Source: Rhizophagus irregularis (lineage: Eukaryota). Taken from it: a DNA stretch of 64,000 nt. Where the stretch lies: assembly GCF_026210795.1 (NCBI RefSeq), contig NC_089432.1:2170001-2234000 (forward strand), given 5' to 3'. A model generated the notes under the pieces. The model was given only the letters and a program-made list of their open reading frames with translations, ran no database searches and had not been told where the DNA came from. The position numbers were made by a program, and so were the translations under genes. Below, in pieces: positions 1 through 12,582 of this stretch (position 1 is the stretch's first letter; every line of letters begins with the position of its first letter).

Positions 1-774
1 GTACGAGACTACGAGTTAATAAAATTTCTATATTTAAAAACTAAAATTATATTTTTAATTATTAAGTAATACTAACAACAAAAAAAAAAATTGTGAACAC
101 ATACGGGAATCTTTGAAATAATAAAAACATACCATCTTCAATTTCAATTCTTTGTCAAATTAATTCTAAAGATTTATAGATGTAGGATTTGTTAGTTTGA
201 AAGCAACCTATATTAATAATATGATTGAACTAAACTTTTTCAATATAGATTAATTTCTTACTTTTATTATGAATAATCATTTAATTTATTATTTTATTAT
301 TTATCTAACTTTTATTAAATTATGATTGGTTCTAATTTAATTATTTATATAATGATGCTATTGCAATTAATTGACGGGAGAGTGCTATAAATTTCGCGAA
401 AGTATAGTATATGAAATGTTTTATAAATATAAATATATGATAGTATATAAATTTTAAATTACAATATTCATGGATCAATCAGTGAATTAAAAGCATAATA
501 TTCAATTTATATTATATCATGTCTTGGGCAGAATAAACAAATTTATCATGAATGAAAAAACTGCGCCATAAAATTATTTATTTATGATAAGTAAATTTTT
601 TTATAATAATATGATAATATTGAAACTTGTCTTTATTAATAACAAAGTAAAATAACAAATATAAAAGTAAAATAAAAAATTTTACAGAACAATAAAAAAT
701 AGTAGTAAACAAATATCAAAATATTACAGGTAAAATATGACAAGTTACAGTAAATTTTAAAATAAGTGAAACTA

Positions 775-1197
775 TTAAAACAATTTTCCCAAATCAAATG
801 AAATTTCTCCAAAGGGAAGACTAACACCTATTTCTTTACCAAGTTTAAAACCAATACCTGCAACCTTAGCCTCTACGCCATTGGAGCCAATTGATCCACC
901 AGTGTCAGCACTGAGACCAATTTTTGATTTAAGGCCTCCTACTTCAAGATCTACCAAATCATAACGTGCTTCAACTTTAGCTTTGAGGCCATCAATAGCA
1001 TTTGCTGCAGCTTTTGCTCCAAGTCCTGCACTTAAAAGTTTAAGATCTCCTACATCATCACAGTATCTGTATGCTGAAGTACCATATTTTGCTTCTGCGG
1101 ATGCGCCAAACGAATCACTCTTTACTCCAGCTGAGGCTTCGGTGCAAAATAGATGATTGTTACCATCCTGATATGCTCGAATAGATTCTTTATACAT
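775..1197 (-). CDS. 140-aa Gly/Ala-rich, predicted beta-strand-rich protein of unknown function, intronless
   Basis: Clean ATG-TAA ORF with higher GC than its flanks; alternating hydrophobic/small-residue segments (ASAGVK, ASAEAK, AKVEAR, EAKVAGIGFKLG); TATA-like box about 100 nt upstream. Confidence 0.8.
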   Translation of the reverse strand: MYKESIRAYQDGNNHLFCTEASAGVKSDSFGASAEAKYGTSAYRYCDDVGDLKLLSAGLGAKAAANAIDGLKAKVEARYDLVDLEVGGLKSKIGLSADTGGSIGSNGVEAKVAGIGFKLGKEIGVSLPFGEISFDLGKLF

Positions 1198-1295
1198 CGC
1201 GATAATGAAGCTTGGATTATTTTAGTTTTTTTTTTAAGAGTGAAATATTTTTTTTTGAAACTTTTTAGTCTGAAAGGGATTCGGATTTGATATGC

Positions 1296-1304
1296 CTTTA
1301 TATA
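1296..1304 (-). promoter_or_regulatory. TATA box of the 775-1197 gene
   Basis: TATATAAAG on the minus strand about 100 nt upstream of the ATG; weak evidence in such AT-rich DNA. Confidence 0.4.
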
Positions 1305-4297
1305 AAAAAATTATCTCATATCGACATTTAGATTGAACCATTTACAACCCGATTTAGTATAATAAAACGTGTTATATTAAATTTTCAAAAATCATTTAAG
1401 AACCAATTTAGCATATCAGCTGAACAAACCGTTTAATGATACATTTTTCATCTTCTGATCCAATTTTTGATTACTCATCTGAATAATGTATACATTGTTG
1501 ACATAGAATGTGTTCTATGCCGTTTTTTCTTAAAAAATTTATACAAATTAAACCTTCTATGAAAAAATCTAAAACCTTTCTTATATTATATACGTAACTA
1601 TTCTATTAAAACTTTTCATTTATGAAATATTAACATTTAAGAACATTAATTGCATAGTGTGACGGTATATCTATTTGATGGATTTATTTGTAATTATGCA
1701 ATAAACCACATAAATTTTCTAATTTATCAATCAATTCATTATTACTATAAAAACTTTAACGTTTTTGTTCGTTAATGAATTTTGAACGATAAACCAATCT
1801 TAGTATTCATCAAAAAAAATAATTCTTGTTTAGGTTTCAAAAATACAATGTTAAAATTGAACAATAAGATTGCTTCGTAAATTGTATTTGACAGTCTTAA
1901 ATGATGATTGTCCGGAGCTGAGGCGGATGAATTATACTTTTTAGAAATAAAGTCATCTATTTTATTCATTTCTTAAATTTTTTAAATTGATTTCCAAAAA
2001 AAATGACACAAAATATGTATTTCAAATAAGAATCAAAATTTGAAATTTTTTGTAATTTTACGTGGGAATGATTTTTAGACCAGGTTGACCTAGATTTTAA
2101 AATAGGATAACAATCTTTTAGCTTGCAGTAATTGATCTAAATTTAACCAAATATGAAAATTAATGATTGAAAGATAGATCGTAATCATGGCGTGTGAATT
2201 CGTGATCTACAATTTTAATGGCCTATAATGATATCACCAAATTTATCTAATTTATTGCTATATCAGATATATATACACGCTAGGTAATCTACAAAATCCA
2301 ATCAGAAAGCTCAAATTGATGGTACCGACTTTTTTGTTTTTGTGTTACATTGCAGTGCGACTCCAATAAAGAATTTAAATAGTTTTTTTTTTTACGTAGT
2401 TTATTATAATATACGTTCAGATATGTATATATATATTTTTTTTTAAAAGAAAGAGACGATTTTGAATAAAAGTATTTTACTGCTTTATTATAAAAAATAT
2501 GTTAAAAAGTATAAGAATTTTTATGTGTAAATTAAATGTTTATACATCGATATAAATAGTAATAACTCGATGTGGCTTTGTAAGGGTCACAATAATTATT
2601 TTTTCTTATTTATTTTTAGAAACAAGAGATTAAGAGAGGATTTATTTGATTTGAACCAAAAAAAAAAAATAATGACACAAAAAAAAAAAGTGATGAGTTT
2701 ATTATTTGTTGTCAATTATTTTTTTTTCAATTTAATATTTCAATATTTAATCATTTTAATTAAAGCAACGTCTCAGCATCGTACTGTAATTAGATTTTTT
2801 CATTTATGGCCCGATTTGGAATAACATCAGCAGAATGGATTGTATGTTTTGTCACCTGATTCAATTATATGTGGCTGACTTATCTGACTAATGTGAGAAA
2901 AAAATATCGTTAAAAACGTATTTATACTTTTTTTTTTCTTAAATTAGATAGCTAAAACATTTCATATATACATCTGATTGTCCTGTTAGAAATGTTCGTT
3001 TGTGAATTATGGACTATATACAACTTGATTTGGAATATGACGAGGCTTTATTTGGAATATCTTTATGAGAATAAATCAGTACTGTACAATTTGTTTACTT
3101 TCTAAGAAAATAAACATTGTTGAAGTTCACGTTCGATCACAATTTTAATTTTAATAAAAATTATACTTCTATCAATCAAATCTTTCAGATTTGCGGACCA
3201 ATCTAAACGATTTATTTCGTCAAGTTAATCTGATAAAGAAAATAAACTTAGTATCCTATTACTGCCCTATTTACTTTAGGTTTTTCACTTAGTTGCTAAT
3301 TATAGAATTAATCGATAAAGTTATTTTCCCCAGAAATCTTGTGCCATGTTGCTTGTCTTTATTTGTAAATGGTCAAATATTATTTGTAACACATTAATAT
3401 CGTCAATTTTGGTAATTACCCCAGTCATGGGAAAATCCAAATCTATGGAGTTCGCAAATTTACCACAGCTGGGAAAATGAAAATTTTTTTTAACTATTTT
3501 AATTAGTTTAATTAAAAAAAGAAAAAAATGGATTTTTTTTACGTACAGTTCTGATAATAATATGCGAATTGCTGATCGAGTTGCGACAACTAAAGGAAAT
3601 GATATTTAAATTTTTTAATACAAAATTCATTTTTTTCTTTAATTTTAAAAAAGTATTGTAACAATCAATTTTACAAAAATGTAAACTAAATGTTGCATAA
3701 TAATTTATAGAAAATACTATATTAATATATCCTTATTAAGTTAACGCTAAGGTTAAAAAACTGCGACCAAAGGCCACAAAATTTGAGTAATAAACTTGCA
3801 ACTTTTTTAATAAATATAGTACGTACCACTTGTTTAATCGCGTTTAATGATATACAAAATTTAAAAATATTTTACATACTTCAACGGATTAACGATAGTT
3901 TTTGATGATTTAAACTTGTGAAAAAATGGATTTTTAATTTATCTATCAAACTATGAGCGTTCTCAAGCACACATCAGAACTAAATAAATAACAAATTGAT
4001 AAAAGTTTTAATCTAATTGCAGATCTTAAATTACGATAAATATTATTTTGTACTGTACATTCAAAATATCAGCATTGATGGAAACTTATATGAATTCTTC
4101 GGAGTCCTATCGATCCGTAATCAATATATATTTTTCCTTATCATGTAATTTAAATATTGAAAAAATTGAAATTATTATCTTGACTTCAATATTCGTCCTA
4201 CTCCAATTCAGAAATTTCATAATGCAGATTTATCTCATATTTTCAGAGATAAGGACAAAATGAATTGATATACGCCCTACAAAATTTTCAAAATTTT

Positions 4298-4730
4298 TAG
4301 TCACTATCACCTAATACCATATAAGATTTACCACCCTGTTAACTATGCATAAGCAGGGAACCCCAGGACACCTATGTGGCCATCATAGGATCTATGGCAA
4401 TCTCATATAGTATTTAATAACAACAACTAAGTAAGTGTCATGAGTCATGGCATAGAAATATGTATCGTTTCCACGGGCACCACGCCCTGCCCTCCCATAT
4501 GGATCGGCTTGGGGATCACCTATGTGGCGTCATTGTAGCTACGACTTGTGCACAAAGCAGATGACTACTAGCCAGTAGCAAATGTATGGTACGTACTACG
4601 AGCACATAAACCTCTATGTCAATCATAACAATCCACCATCCGGAAGACTTTCTGCGATCCCTCATCCGGTGAACACGTACTCGTACTTCCATCCGGCAAC
4701 TGTTATTTATACACCATTTAATGATATGAC
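4298..4730. other. GC-elevated non-coding island, probable retroelement end or structured RNA remnant
   Basis: Abrupt GC rise; CACCTATGTGGC occurs twice and CATCCGG three times; no convincing ORF. Confidence 0.35.
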
Positions 4731-5715
4731 CCAGCCTCATTTAGTGTTAGCTTGTCCTCTATCACAAATAGATACCAAATTTGGCATTATTTTAAATGTA
4801 CCGTTTCAGTTGATTTGCCTAAAAAATTGAAAGAATCAAATGTGTGATAGACAGCAGAAAACATGTAAAAAAGAATCACAAAGCATCTAAACTGAAAAGA
4901 GTAGTTGGAGTGCGTGGTTTTTCACTTACAAAACAAGTTTCCAATAGCTAGTGAAACTCATACCCATATGTTATCTAAAGGCAGTTCCGCAAGTAAATAC
5001 AGTTCTTGATGTTGATATATATATTTTTTTCCGCCTTAATATTTATTTACGCATGAAAAAAAAGTATTTATATACGTGTGAGAAAAAAAGTATTTATTTA
5101 TGTGTGAAAAAAAAGGTATTTATTTGCGCGTAAAAAGTACTAATTAGATATTTAATTGAAAAGAAAGTATTTATAAAAAAAGTATTTAGTTGTGTCTAAA
5201 GGAGGAGTGAAAGAGATGGGTGTATTAAAAAAAAAGAAAAAGACTGTATAAATATTATTTTTTGTTGTACAAGCTTTTTATATAAGTATAAATGATATCA
5301 ACACGCAACAATATCAAATATGATTATATTGTAGCTTTTAATTACCTAATCATAACGTATTTACCTTCTTTTAGTATGTTTATTGTTGGATCAATGTTTG
5401 ATTCGTCAGAGTTTTTTAGATATAAATTGCAAATTTATCTATACGAAGATTAAACCAAGGAAGATTATATTACGCAACATCCAGATTATTTTATATTAAA
5501 AAAATAGATTACTTTATCGATATAACGATAAATTTTTTGCGTAATATTTAGAAATCGGCATTCGACCTTGAACGAAAATCATTCCATAAACAAATCTCAT
5601 GACGTCATTATATATGATGATGTGCAACTTTTCATTGGTTTTTTTATTTTGCCGTCAAACCTGTTATTATTCAATATGTTTGATATTTATTATATTTATT
5701 GATAATAATATCAAA

Positions 5716-5905
5716 ATGCAAGATACAGAGTATACAAATGAATGGGTTAAGCTGTCAATAAAGAATATTTCAAATTTTATGAATACAAACAATTACAATT
5801 TAACAATATGGTACCGGAGGTTTTACAAAAATTTATCGTGCAAATTTGTAAAAAACAGAAAACAATTCGCATTAAAATCTTTGACAACATCAAATTATTC
5901 ATGAG
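5716..5905 (+). pseudogene. Degenerate first exon of a kinase-SEL1 paralogue
   Basis: Starts MQDTEYTNEWV, identical to the gene at 59777(-); retains KQFALKS and a GAG/GTAAT donor but has frameshifting deletions and no downstream exons. Confidence 0.75.
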
Positions 5906-5958
5906 GTAATTTAACTTAATAATAATAATGTTTTTTCATCTATGATCTTTAGTATAAT

Positions 5959-6125
5959 GGTGTAGTTAGCCGAAAAATTCAGAGTAAATTTTCGGCTAAC
6001 AACACCCAGCCGAAAAAAATTCATGTTGATCTTAAATATTTTATTGGGTCAACATCTACTATTTTTGGCTGAATATTTTTGGCTAAATACACTTTTTTTT
6101 AAATAATAGTGTAGTTAGCCGAAAT
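5959..6125. repeat. Small inverted/direct repeat cluster (MITE-like remnant)
   Basis: GTGTAGTTAGCCGAAA occurs twice, with inverted TTTCGGCTAAC and TTTGGCTAAATACAC copies. Confidence 0.4.
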
Positions 6126-6539
6126 ATCCAAATAGCGATCATTGCTCATGTAACCTCCTAATTCACTTTATTATGGTCAATAGCACCCTCTTCCAATATA
6201 TAATACATTTGTAAAGTTTAAAATCAATCTAAACTTGTTTAATTGTCTAAATTAATGATTTTCGAATCCATAATTCTGGCCGAAATTTTCTTAATTCTGA
6301 CCTAAAATTGGTTAAATTTGAAAATTCCAGGTAAAATGTAACATCGTATTTATACAAAATAATCTTCAAACTAAATATTGAATATATAACTTCTTGTCAG
6401 TCTCTAAGTGTTTATTAAAATATTTTTTCAAATGCTTTTTGTTTTTTGAGTTGGATCTTAGCTAAAAATTAGTATATTAAAAATAAAAAGAATGCAAAAA
6501 ACTTGAAATTTGTCAAAGATAGTTGAACACTAGCAAAGG

Positions 6540-9420
6540 GGCTCAACTTATTCTTTTCTTTTCAACTAATGCTGTACCATCGTGGTATGAATAAGGACAA
6601 AAAAAGATTTAAAATAAAATAACCTCTCCCCAGTTTATTCTGTTGTGAAGCACGATTGTTTATAGTAAATTCAGGAAGTGGAACTACTCGTAAAGCTAAT
6701 GGTGGCTTTCAACATCTTTATTGACCAAGTCTTCTAATTTTTCATATATTGTATTCGTAATAGATTTGTATGTTTCCCAAATCATACTGTACCATTTAAT
6801 TTTGTTAGAAGGTAAATTGACTTCAAACGCTCTAAATTTAACTATTCCTTTCTTGATATTTTACTGGAATAATAATATTGTGTTTTTGTATTGAAAGGTA
6901 ATTTTGATTTGCAAAACATTCTTTTACAAAACAATTTTCTGATATAATCATCTATAAATAAAAAAATTACATGTAAATCGAATCCTTTCCAAATCTTAAA
7001 AGAATTAAAATAACGAACCATAATTGTATTTAAATAATAGAGGAAGCGTCTTAGAAACAGTACTCATCCAACCTGCATAATCTGTTGCATGTCTAGAATA
7101 ATATTCCAAAAGGTAACAACAATAATAGTACCTTTAATTTCACGACCTAAATTGTAAAAATAAAAAATAATTAATTAATCCACTTAATGATATATAACCG
7201 ATAATGCTTAAAAATTATTAATTAATCAATACTTGCCTATACAATGATAGATTGCTAATTCCAAAACATTCTCTATTTCATGCTCTTTGGTGTTGTGAAT
7301 TTTAGCCTCCTTCTTTTTCCAAAATGTTTTCTTGGTATATGTAACTTATTGGCTTTATTAACATCATCATCATTTCCAAATAATATAAATTTTATCAAAT
7401 GATCACAATTACCAAGAACCAAATTTTCATAACATTGCGTTATTTGATAAATCTCCATATTATACAATTAATATATGCAACCATTTCCTCACACTTCGTT
7501 AAAAAAAAGTAGGAAAATATGTTAATCCAGTTTTTTGTTAAGAAATATATCGAATTCGTAAAATAAATAGTAAGCACTTACGAAATGTTCTTTAGTGTAA
7601 TTTACAAGAAATTTCTTACGTTTATTGATAAATTCCAATGCTTTACACATATGTCTAACTGCACTAGCTTTATCAAAAATATCTTGCTGTCGAATAATTT
7701 TTTCCATTTCAATTACAGTATCACTTCGCTACCTTTTTTCTTTTCCGTTCTCTCCTTTTCCATTCTAATAATTTCAATATCATCTTTTTCTATTTTGAGT
7801 TATCTAGTTCATCTTTACTCCTGTCCTTTGAAACTTTTTCATACCAATAAACTTTCAAACAAAAATCGTTTAATTTAAAATCATTTAATTTACTACTATA
7901 TTTAAATTCTTCAATCCGTATTCTTGTCTTTTCTCTTTCTTGATTTACAGGAATACCATTTATCCATATATATTCAAGAAATGGTTTTCCTTCGTTAGGA
8001 AGACTATCTTTGTTTTTATTACCATCTTGGATTTGATGCCAAATTTGAACAGTGGACCTACCAACAATAAGTTGTAAAGTTTCTACTTCTGTCCCTTTTT
8101 GGTTATGATAAAGGCAATAAGAATTTCTTTCGTAATCACTTGACACCCATGGTTCTTTGTCGGTAACTATTGGTCCGAAATTAACTTTTTTCTCGTAATG
8201 TACAATGTGACTAATATCTGGTTGTCTATTTGATTTTTTACCATATTTTTTAAGTAATTCATTTTCTAGACTTATAGCCTTATTTAATTTTTCCTTTTTC
8301 TCTTCTTCCTCTTTTTTTTTAACCTCTTTAAGGACCGATGAAACTTTTTCATCATTATCAATTTGGAAAATATTTCCCGAAGTTCTGGCTAGACGAGTAG
8401 CAAGAGTAGCAAGATTATCAAGATTATCTTTCTCAAGATCTTTCTTTAATTCCATCGTTGTTTCAATATCTCTAAAATTATTATACATGTCCCAGATTAT
8501 GATTTTCAGTTTTTTCTCTTTTTAGATACTACCCACTACAACTAGTTTCTTATCTTCTTCAATGAATTCTAATAAGTGAATTTTTTCAATGCTATCAAAT
8601 TTCTTTGATGTGGCTTCCAAACCATTTTCCATAAAGTATAACCTTAAGAAATAAACATATTAAATTTTAGTTATTTAATACTTTTATACGAGATTTAATG
8701 TGCAATATACATGAATTACTTACTTGACAGATTGAAGCTCTCGTGTAAAGCAGAATAGTTGCTTGTTCTTACTGATCGAGAAATTATTTCTATTATACTT
8801 TCTTATAAGTTTATCCTGACTATTTTTGACCCTTATTGTAATAGTATCTAATTTCATTTTTCCTAGGTTATAAACTAGAAAAATTAAAAAAAAAAATAAA
8901 TTTTATTGTGTATAATGTAATAACAGATTTGTAAAATTTTAAAATTTAATTATTACCTTCAAGTAATTGTACGTTTTCTTTGTAATTTTCAACCAGAAAA
9001 TATTTAGTATAAATACAAGATGAAATTAGGTTTATGCAATCAGATATTTCTGAAGAATCTAATGCCTCTAATTCACGATCGATACATTGCGGATAACCAA
9101 ATTTTTTATATAAACTAAAATTATCTTTACATTTAAAACTATATATACCACTGAAATTCAATATTACGAATCTTAAAGTAAAACATTCTTCTATTTTCTG
9201 AACTAGGAACTTCATTATTGCTTTTGGACACATGTATAAATTTACATATTCCTGAAATACCATAAATATGATGGAAATCAGTCTTACTTGTAGTAATAAA
9301 ACATAATGGTTTCCTTTTTTAATTTCTAGTCCAACGCGGTAGATGGTGGTCCTAGTTTCTTTTTTTCCCTTTCTTTCTTCTATTTTACTCTTCAGTCCTT
9401 CTTATATTATTTATATTATT
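6540..9420 (-). pseudogene. Decayed N-terminal portion of a Glomeromycota TRP-channel-like multi-exon gene
   Basis: Collinear fragments (YFLVENYKENVQLLE, LYFMENGLE, ETLQLIVGRSTVQIWHQI, KPFLEYIWINGIP, SAVRHMCKALEFI) resemble the expanded AMF TRP-like family as I recall it; several stops and frameshifts; no transmembrane region follows. Confidence 0.6.
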
Positions 9421-9699
9421 CATTTATAAATTTTGATTAGGTTGACTGCGGGCAAATTTAGCATGACCCTGTAAGGTATTGTTATTATTTTATTGTTATT
9501 GAACAATCACAAAAATCACAATTTATTTTTTTTTTATTTTTGAAATTCCGAAATTCCAAAGAATATGAAAACCCGTTTATTACAGATACTTAGATCATGA
9601 TTTTTAAAATTATATCATTTTTTTATTTTAAATGAATGTATTTTATTTCGTATTATGTAAAAATAACAATAAACAATATCTGCTCGTAAGTATTGTGAT

Positions 9700-11633
9700 C
9701 AAGACAGGTAATCATGTGATTTACACGTATCTGAGCTTCTGAGCTTATTAATCAGATTGTTTTTCGCGTTTCAGGAAAATCTGAAAGTACATGAGTCATT
9801 CCAAATAAGTTATGAGTCATTCCGATTTGATTTGAATCTTTTGGTAATTCAGATAACAAAAAAAAATATATAAAAGACCCTACTTCCTCTTTATTATTTC
9901 TTTAGTCTTTTCTTTTTAGACTTCACTTTTTTTTCGGTCTTTCTTTTTAGGACTTCTCCCTCTTTTTGTCTTTTATTTTTGGTCTTTTCTTTCTTTTGGT
10001 CTTCACTTTTTTTAAGACACTATCTTTTTTTTCTCTGTCTTTTTTAGACTTCACTTTTTTTTCGGTCTTTCTTTTTAAGACTTCTCCCTCTTTTTTTTGG
10101 TCTTTCATTTTTGGTTTTTTCTTTCTTTCGGTCTTGTCTTTTCTTTTTAAACTTCACTTTTTTTTCGGTCTTTCTTTTTAGGACTTCTCCCTCTTTTTGT
10201 CTTTCATTTTTGGTCTTTTTTCACTTTTTTTAAGACACCATCTTTATTTTTTCTAAGTCTTTTTTTTTGTCTTTTTAGGACTTCACTTTTTTTCGGTCTT
10301 TCTTTTTAGGACCTCTCCCTCTTTTTTTTTGGTCTTTCATTTTCGGTTTTTTCTTTCTTTCGGTCTTGTCTTTTCTTTTTAGACTTCACTTTTTTTTCGG
10401 TCTTTCTTTTTAGGACTTCTCCCTCTTTTTGTCTTTCATTTTTGGTCTTTTTTCACTTTTTTTAAGCACCATCTTTATTTTTTCTAAGTCTTTTTTTTTG
10501 TCTTTTTAGGACTTCACTTTTTTTCGGTCTTTCTTTTTAGGACCTCTCCCTCTTTTTTTTTGGTCTTTCATTTTCGGTTTTTTCTTTCTTTCGGTCTTGT
10601 CTTTTCTTTTTAGACCTCACTTTTTTTTCGGTCTTTCTTTTTAGGACTTCTCCCTCTTTTTGTCTTTCATTTTTGGTCTTTTCTTTCTTTCGGTCTTCAC
10701 TTTTTTTAAGACACCATCTTTTTTTTTTTCTAAGTCTTTTTTTTGTCTTCACTTTTTTTTCGGTCTTTCTTTTTAGGACTTCTCCCTCTTTTTTTTGGTC
10801 TTCATTTTCGGTTTTTTCTTTCTTTCGGTCTTCCCTTTTTTTTAAGAAACCGTCTTCTTTTTTTCTAGGTCTTTTTTTTTGGTGAAAATTAAGGGCTTGA
10901 GGTGCATTTGCGAAATCAATACTTGGGTTTCAAATTTCAATATTAAAGGTATGTTAAACCATTTCCCTTGTTTCTGGTGAAGGTGAACAAGTGGATGCAA
11001 TGATCAAGGAAGTTACGGCAACCTTGTGAGTCTGGCAGGTCTATCTATGATAACTCTGTTAACTGACGGACCTGGCTGAGAGATACGGATCAGATCTTCT
11101 CAGTGTTGAGGTCTACTATTCCGCAATCAGGAATAGTTATGTGCCTTCCTCAACTTCTTTCATGCAATGATTTGTTCTCATTGAGGACTTTTGGATTCAG
11201 AGAACTGGAAGCGCTTCGTGGCCACAGTTTTACTGTGAACGTCCTTCTCTGTTTTCAGAATTTCTGGATGATAACAAATCTTTGTGTGTCCAGGAGAGAT
11301 GTCAGTGAAAGGACACAATAACCTAAAGCTGTGTTTTTGTAAGTTCTTTCAAACAGATACTTGTAGCTATACCTTTTATTGTGCAATTTTCAGGAACGGA
11401 CGGTGAAAATATCGACACTAATATATAGGAAGAAGATCCGAACTACTTCGTTATGTTACTTGATACTTTAGAGGGATACTGCCTCACGTCACCTACCAGA
11501 TAGCAGGATGAAATTTTTGAGTACTTAGCAAAAGCTAACCATCCCTTTTAATTTATAGATGCTATATGTAAATCACGATGGGTCATATTAAGCCTCATTA
11601 AAGACCTACGCGTTTGACGCAAAATTTCACTAG
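9700..11633 (+). mobile_element. Possible non-autonomous Helitron (5' boundary uncertain)
   Basis: Short hairpin GCGT-TTG-ACGC (11610-11620) followed 9 nt later by CTAG (11630-11633); contains the tandem array and a GC-elevated non-coding block. Confidence 0.35.
9890..10885. repeat. Pyrimidine-rich tandem array, about 232-bp period, about 4 copies
   Basis: CTTTCTTTCGGTCTTGTCTTTTC recurs at about 10121, 10353 and 10584; sub-units TTTTTAGGACTTCTCCCTC and CTTCACTTTTTTTTCGGTC. Confidence 0.85.
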
Positions 11634-11878
11634 AACATATTTCTGCTGTTATTCTACTATTATATTCATTATGATCTCTATGATCTCTTTACTCCACATT
11701 ACGAATCTATATGAAAAGAAATTAAGTAATTATTATCATTATATATACGTAATACAACTAATATACCGTAAGTCAATATATAATATGTAACTTACCATTA
11801 TTTTATCTTGAAAATTTCTTCTTAATTCTAATTATTCATGAAAAGTCTAGATTCTTTTTTAAAATTTCTTTTATATTA

Positions 11879-12420
11879 TTAAATGACGATTATAATATTG
11901 ACGAATAGATGGATGTTTAAGTTGACAAAATTTTTTTCTACAATCAACCCATACCAACACATTCCATCGGGACTTTGCATATGATGTTCAGGCTTATTAT
12001 TTTTATAACATTTTCTTTTGATATTTTTTGAAAATTTTGAAAATTTTTCTAGTAAATTATCATTAACCACCGCAATATCTGTAACTTTCGGAACCTTATT
12101 AACCACAATTTTCGTTTTATTTTTTTTTCTTTTCTTTTTTCTTGTTAATTTTATCAACTTTTTTATTTTCTTATTTAGAAATTTTGTTTATCAAATCATT
12201 TAATTGACTGCTTGCATCATTAATTCTATTTTTAAATGGAGGAATTTCTTTTTTATTGTTACATAAATTTTAATTTGTGCTGGAATTTTATTTGTATCAA
12301 CGTGGATGTGTGTACCAGTTCTTTCTGCAATGGGTTTTATATTACGACCAATTAATTTACCAATTAAATATTTTGAGGAATTGGAATAGTTAAAGTTCTT
12401 GTATATTTGGAGTTTTGCAT
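11879..12420 (-). pseudogene. KH-domain protein pseudogene (copy 1)
   Basis: MQNSKYTRTLTIPIP, frameshift, IGKLIGRNIKPIAERTGTHIHV (GxxG loop deleted), further frameshifts, Lys-rich tail. Confidence 0.7.
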
Positions 12421-12582
12421 TTTTATTTTTTTTTAATGAAGAGAGTGAGTGAGAGAAAGAATGCTTTTTAAATTTTTTTATTAGGAAATTAATTTCCATA
12501 TTCGTAAACAAAAAAAAATGCGTGTAACACCTCATGACCTCGAAAGCCTTTCGGCACAATATATTAACCATGTGGTAAGTAC

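Noticed and set aside
9966..10885. Phe-rich and Lys-rich ORFs
   Set aside because: Translations of the pyrimidine-rich tandem array.
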